In this document: one piece after another, positions 60,331 to 64,000 of the stretch | Layout of the letters: each line of letters begins with the position of its first letter | How positions within the stretch are numbered: the first letter of the stretch is position 1 | Origin: Macrostomum hystrix | Lineage: Eukaryota; Animalia; Platyhelminthes | Direction: 5' to 3' | Assembly: GCA_950097015.1 (NCBI GenBank) | Contig: CATNEN010000001.1 | Coordinates: forward strand, 24,800,001-24,864,000 | Length of the DNA stretch: 64,000 nt | Made by a program: the position numbers and the translations under genes | The notes under the pieces: model-generated | Database searches by the model: none | Told to the model about the DNA's origin: nothing | Seen by the model: the letters and a program-made list of their open reading frames with translations, nothing else

Positions 60331-62067
60331 TTAGCCGATTAGCTGTGGCACATGCAGTTCACAACTCCCATTTACTTCAATCCTGCCCGACTCCGCACAG
60401 GTGGCATAGCAGCGGCCGTTCACTTTGAAGTTCCGACACGCCACGCACATGTCTGGGCCGGGTCCCCAGCATTCGTCCTGGCACTGAGCATCGCAGGTAG
60501 CGTTCCGGCAAATCTCGCTGCTGTCATCAAAGCTCAGGTTTAAAATTGTAATTTGAAATTTTTTAGTGACTTCCTGGATTTCTCGGATTCGATTGCTAGG
60601 ATACCAGGCTCTGCAAAGATCACTAATTCTGATCAGCCGAAGGTCACGAGTATATGCCAAGCTAGCTAGTCCGAGGTATCTCGTCTTGAGAAATAAAATT
60701 ACAAAGGAATTAGTGACGTGTATGATATTACGTAGGAATCGAAGATTGTTTGTTAAGTGTTGAGATCTCTTAATTAATAAAGTGCCGTAAAAGTACTCTA
60801 AATTCTCCAATGCTCTAAGGTTATCTAAGCTACTTAACTTATCAGCAGACACGTATAGAGAAGAAGCGGCCCTCCAAATCGAACACTGCTCAGTCCTCAA
60901 TGAGTTTGCTAAATTGTCTGACATCGTTATTGAGACATTGCACGATTTGCAGGGCTTAGAGCTAATTTTGTCAATACACTTTGTGCAAACTCCTTTGATA
61001 GGGACTTCTGCTGACGGACACTCGATTAAACAGCTCCTGCCGTCAGAGCTAACAAGAAAGGGCAGTGAGCACTTCTCTACGCAAATGTTGCCGATCTGTC
61101 GCCAAACAGTCACACCAGCGCCATTACCACTAGCGGTACTAGTATTCGACGGACATGATTCTCTACAGACACCATTGAACAATACTCCACTCCGACAGGC
61201 GAAGCACTCGTTGGGCCGGTTTGAGCAACCACCAAGGCAGTCGTCGTGGCAGCAGTCTTCTTGGCCAGTGCTCGGGTTATGGAAGCATAGGTTCGAGTTA
61301 CACTTGCGTTTACGACATAGTTGATTGCTTTGACAGCCATCAACACCGTCGGACCAGCAAGTTTGGTTATAAGTTGGAGTACAATTAGCGTGACAGGAAA
61401 GCAGATGATTGCAGGTATGACTAATCACATGCGAGCTCGAATATTTTCTTCTAATTTCTCTGCCTTCTTCAGTAATAATAGAAGGCACATAATCCAAATA
61501 GCTCTGGTCTGGTTCTTGAAACAGGCTTTTCCAGTTGATGCTGTAGGACAGGTAGCAGTACAAGCTAGACTTCACCGGCCCAGATACAAGAACATGTTTC
61601 TTTGTGATAGCAGTCAACTTGGGCATTTCCAGCTTGCTCATGTTCGGCGACATCCATATTAAAATTGAAATGTTAGTAGACTTGTCAAAAGCGTAACCTC
61701 GGATGGTGCGCAAGTTGCGAAATCTGACGCGCTCAAGGTTGACGTACTTGATAATTAGTTTTCCTCTGATCTCCACAATGGAGTCAAGAAAGTCAGTTTG
61801 CATGCCTTGAATGGCATCCTCGAGCGGTTTGTACTCCAATGTTGAATGGTCAATGCCTATCATGTCCAATTGCAAGTCGCCGAATACATACTGGCAGCCA
61901 GCTACTAAAGCCGTTAATTCCGCCTGCAAGCGACTAACAGTTCTGTGGGTCTCATAGCCGTAGCTGGATATATATAAGGATTTGCAGATCCGGGCGCCAG
62001 AAGCCACATCGTCGTGTAACAACGGAAGCAAAAGAAGCAACCGAATAACAAGCTGCAGGAAATTCAT
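60331..62067 (-). CDS. Secreted EGFR-like ectodomain-only protein, copy 3
   Basis: Intact 578-aa ORF, tail-to-tail with copy 2, with homologous 5' and 3' flanks. Confidence 0.88.
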   Translation of the reverse strand: MNFLQLVIRLLLLLPLLHDDVASGARICKSLYISSYGYETHRTVSRLQAELTALVAGCQYVFGDLQLDMIGIDHSTLEYKPLEDAIQGMQTDFLDSIVEIRGKLIIKYVNLERVRFRNLRTIRGYAFDKSTNISILIWMSPNMSKLEMPKLTAITKKHVLVSGPVKSSLYCYLSYSINWKSLFQEPDQSYLDYVPSIITEEGREIRRKYSSSHVISHTCNHLLSCHANCTPTYNQTCWSDGVDGCQSNQLCRKRKCNSNLCFHNPSTGQEDCCHDDCLGGCSNRPNECFACRSGVLFNGVCRESCPSNTSTASGNGAGVTVWRQIGNICVEKCSLPFLVSSDGRSCLIECPSAEVPIKGVCTKCIDKISSKPCKSCNVSITMSDNLANSLRTEQCSIWRAASSLYVSADKLSSLDNLRALENLEYFYGTLLIKRSQHLTNNLRFLRNIIHVTNSFVILFLKTRYLGLASLAYTRDLRLIRISDLCRAWYPSNRIREIQEVTKKFQITILNLSFDDSSEICRNATCDAQCQDECWGPGPDMCVACRNFKVNGRCYATCAESGRIEVNGSCELHVPQLIG

Positions 62068-62834
62068 TCTCCTAACACACTTCTGTAGTGTTCTCTTTCT
62101 ATTTTCATTCCGAGCTCTTAGATTTTTCGTTTCTCTAAATACGAAATAAATAAAACACGACTCGTAGAAAATAAAATTCTTTCGCAGGCTACCTTTTCAA
62201 CAATAAATAACACCACTTTCCACTTTTTGCCAGTTTCTCTGACTCTGCACAGAAAAAACTCACTAAACATTTTTGTGCCGCTCGCTTTTAAAAAAAATAT
62301 GTATAAATCGATTAATAATCGCTAGAGAAGTAACTTAGCTTGCTTTCTTTTTTTAGCTCCTAAATTGCAGTAGTTAATTTTGCTCCAACTCGAGCAAGAA
62401 GCGACTCTCAGTGAAAGAAGCAAGGAAAACTACGTTTTTTTTCAAAAATTTTATTTACCCAAAATTAATATTACGCAAGCTACTGTTTTTCTATCGCCTT
62501 CCTTTTTAAAATCGAATTGTTCAGCCTCAAACTTCAAAGAAACAAAAAAACAGCACCTGAATAGTTATAATAATAATAGTAAGCCATGAATTACTCGGAA
62601 TTCATAGCTTAGTAAAATAAGGAAATTAAGCATTCTTCCAAGGAGCACGGGCAGAATTTCAGAATTCATACAATCCCTAAAGCAAATTACACTTGTCCTC
62701 TCAATAAGTGTACACTAGTACACCCCCTCTCTGTTAGCCCCAAGCATAATCACCTCCTGGCTGGCAACCTTAAGGAGACAAAACCTGCTTCCTCAGCGGC
62801 AGAGAAATAATGTCCCCATGACGCATTTAAAAAA

Positions 62835-63125
62835 GTGGAAACTGTTGGACACATTTCGAAAACTGTTGGACACATTTAGAAAACGGTTGGACACATTTAG
62901 AAAACTGTTGGACACATTTAAAAAACTGTTGGACACATTTAGAAAACGGTTGGACACATTTAGTAAACTGTTGGACACATTTAGAAAACGGTTGGACACA
63001 TTTAGAAAACGGTTGGACACATTTAGAAAACTGTTGGACACATTTAGAAAACGGTTGGACACATTTAGAAAACTGTTGGACACATTTAGAAAGCTGTTGA
63101 ACACTTTCAGAAAACTGTTGGACAG
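62835..63125. repeat. 21-bp minisatellite (ttagaaaactgttggacacat)n
   Basis: About 14 units. A degenerate reverse-complement version lies at about 28590-28800. Confidence 0.9.
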
Positions 63126-63249
63126 TGACAGTGACATTTGACAGTGAAATTCTAATCCGTATGCTTACTTTTAGCGAAACTGGCCCTGACGCAATAATAA
63201 ATATTGCAGTGGTAGGCACTTTGACAAAACAGGCTCTGATTGAATGCAT

Positions 63250-63672
63250 TTAAACACCACACTCCCAGGCACGAAGGCAGACAGAGACAGCAGTTGCGAC
63301 ACAGCAGAGAGCGAACGAGGGAAGGCCACCGTCTATGGCCCACATACAATATATTTGCAGATAAATTGTTTCGAAGAAAGTATTCAAAATGCACACAAAA
63401 AGGCTAAAGCAAGAATTAAAAGAAAGCAAGGAAAAAGAAAAATTTTCACACCACGCAGCAGCGCGAAGAGACAAGGTTGGGCAGTACGCGGGCGCCGGCT
63501 GAAATACAACCCAGCTCAAGGCGGAGGGGTGGGTGTCTGGGGTGGGTGGTTACACCCAATCAGCGAGCGCCGATTGGACACTAAACACCACACTCCCAGG
63601 CACGAAGGCAGACAGAGACAGCAGTTGCGACACAGCAGAGAGCGAACGAGGGAAGGGCACCGTCTATGGCCC
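63250..63672. repeat. ~90-bp direct repeat pair (63250-63341 / 63582-63672)
   Basis: taaacaccacactcccaggcacgaagg...caccgtctatggccc occurs twice with one mismatch. Probably part of a mobile element running off the window. Confidence 0.75.
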
Positions 63673-64000
63673 GAACCCAAAAAAGAAGAGGAAGGGGGGA
63701 GGCACGCATCATAAAATGCAAATGAGGGTGATGCCGGGACGCACTTAAAACAGAGCTAAAACATAAAACACAAAATGGTTGAAAGAAGTTACAAGCAAGA
63801 CCAGCGAGCGTAGCAAACAACAACTAAACGTGAAAGCAAAAATACAGAAGCCGTCAGCACTTGGTCCACAGCGAGTACAAAAGAAAGAGGTCGCAAAGAA
63901 TGTTTGAGCGACACATCAAGGGTCAAACGCACGCCAGCACGATGACGTAGTGCGCGACCTGCTGTGCTGACAGTCTAGTGCTGTCGATGCGCGTTCGCTT

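Overview
Metazoan genomic DNA with spliceosomal introns, GC-rich codons and many intronic minisatellites. It resembles a flatworm such as Macrostomum, but that is an inference. 1-15 kb holds three + strand genes: the last seven exons of cytoplasmic dynein heavy chain, MRGBP/Eaf7, and a 5-exon C6orf163-like coiled-coil gene. The main finding is in and between these genes. A ~165-180 nt 'repeat' occurs 14 times in 5 sense-strand clusters and has box H/ACA snoRNA architecture (hairpin, H box, hairpin, ACA/AUA). Both of its pockets are complementary to conserved pseudouridylation sites in the 28S rRNA peptidyl-transferase region. 17-35 kb holds an ankyrin-repeat gene, a cGAS-like/Mab-21 gene head-to-head with a secreted WSC-PAN gene, a near-identical inverted pair of DDX39/UAP56 genes, and a second mirror-placed WSC-PAN paralog. 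38-62 kb holds three intronless secreted EGFR-ectodomain-only genes whose differences cluster on the L-domain strands. They sit among decayed mobile elements (hAT MITE, Helitron, Gypsy, LINE, BEL/Pao LTR element, Polinton-type pPolB) and an RNR small-subunit pseudogene.
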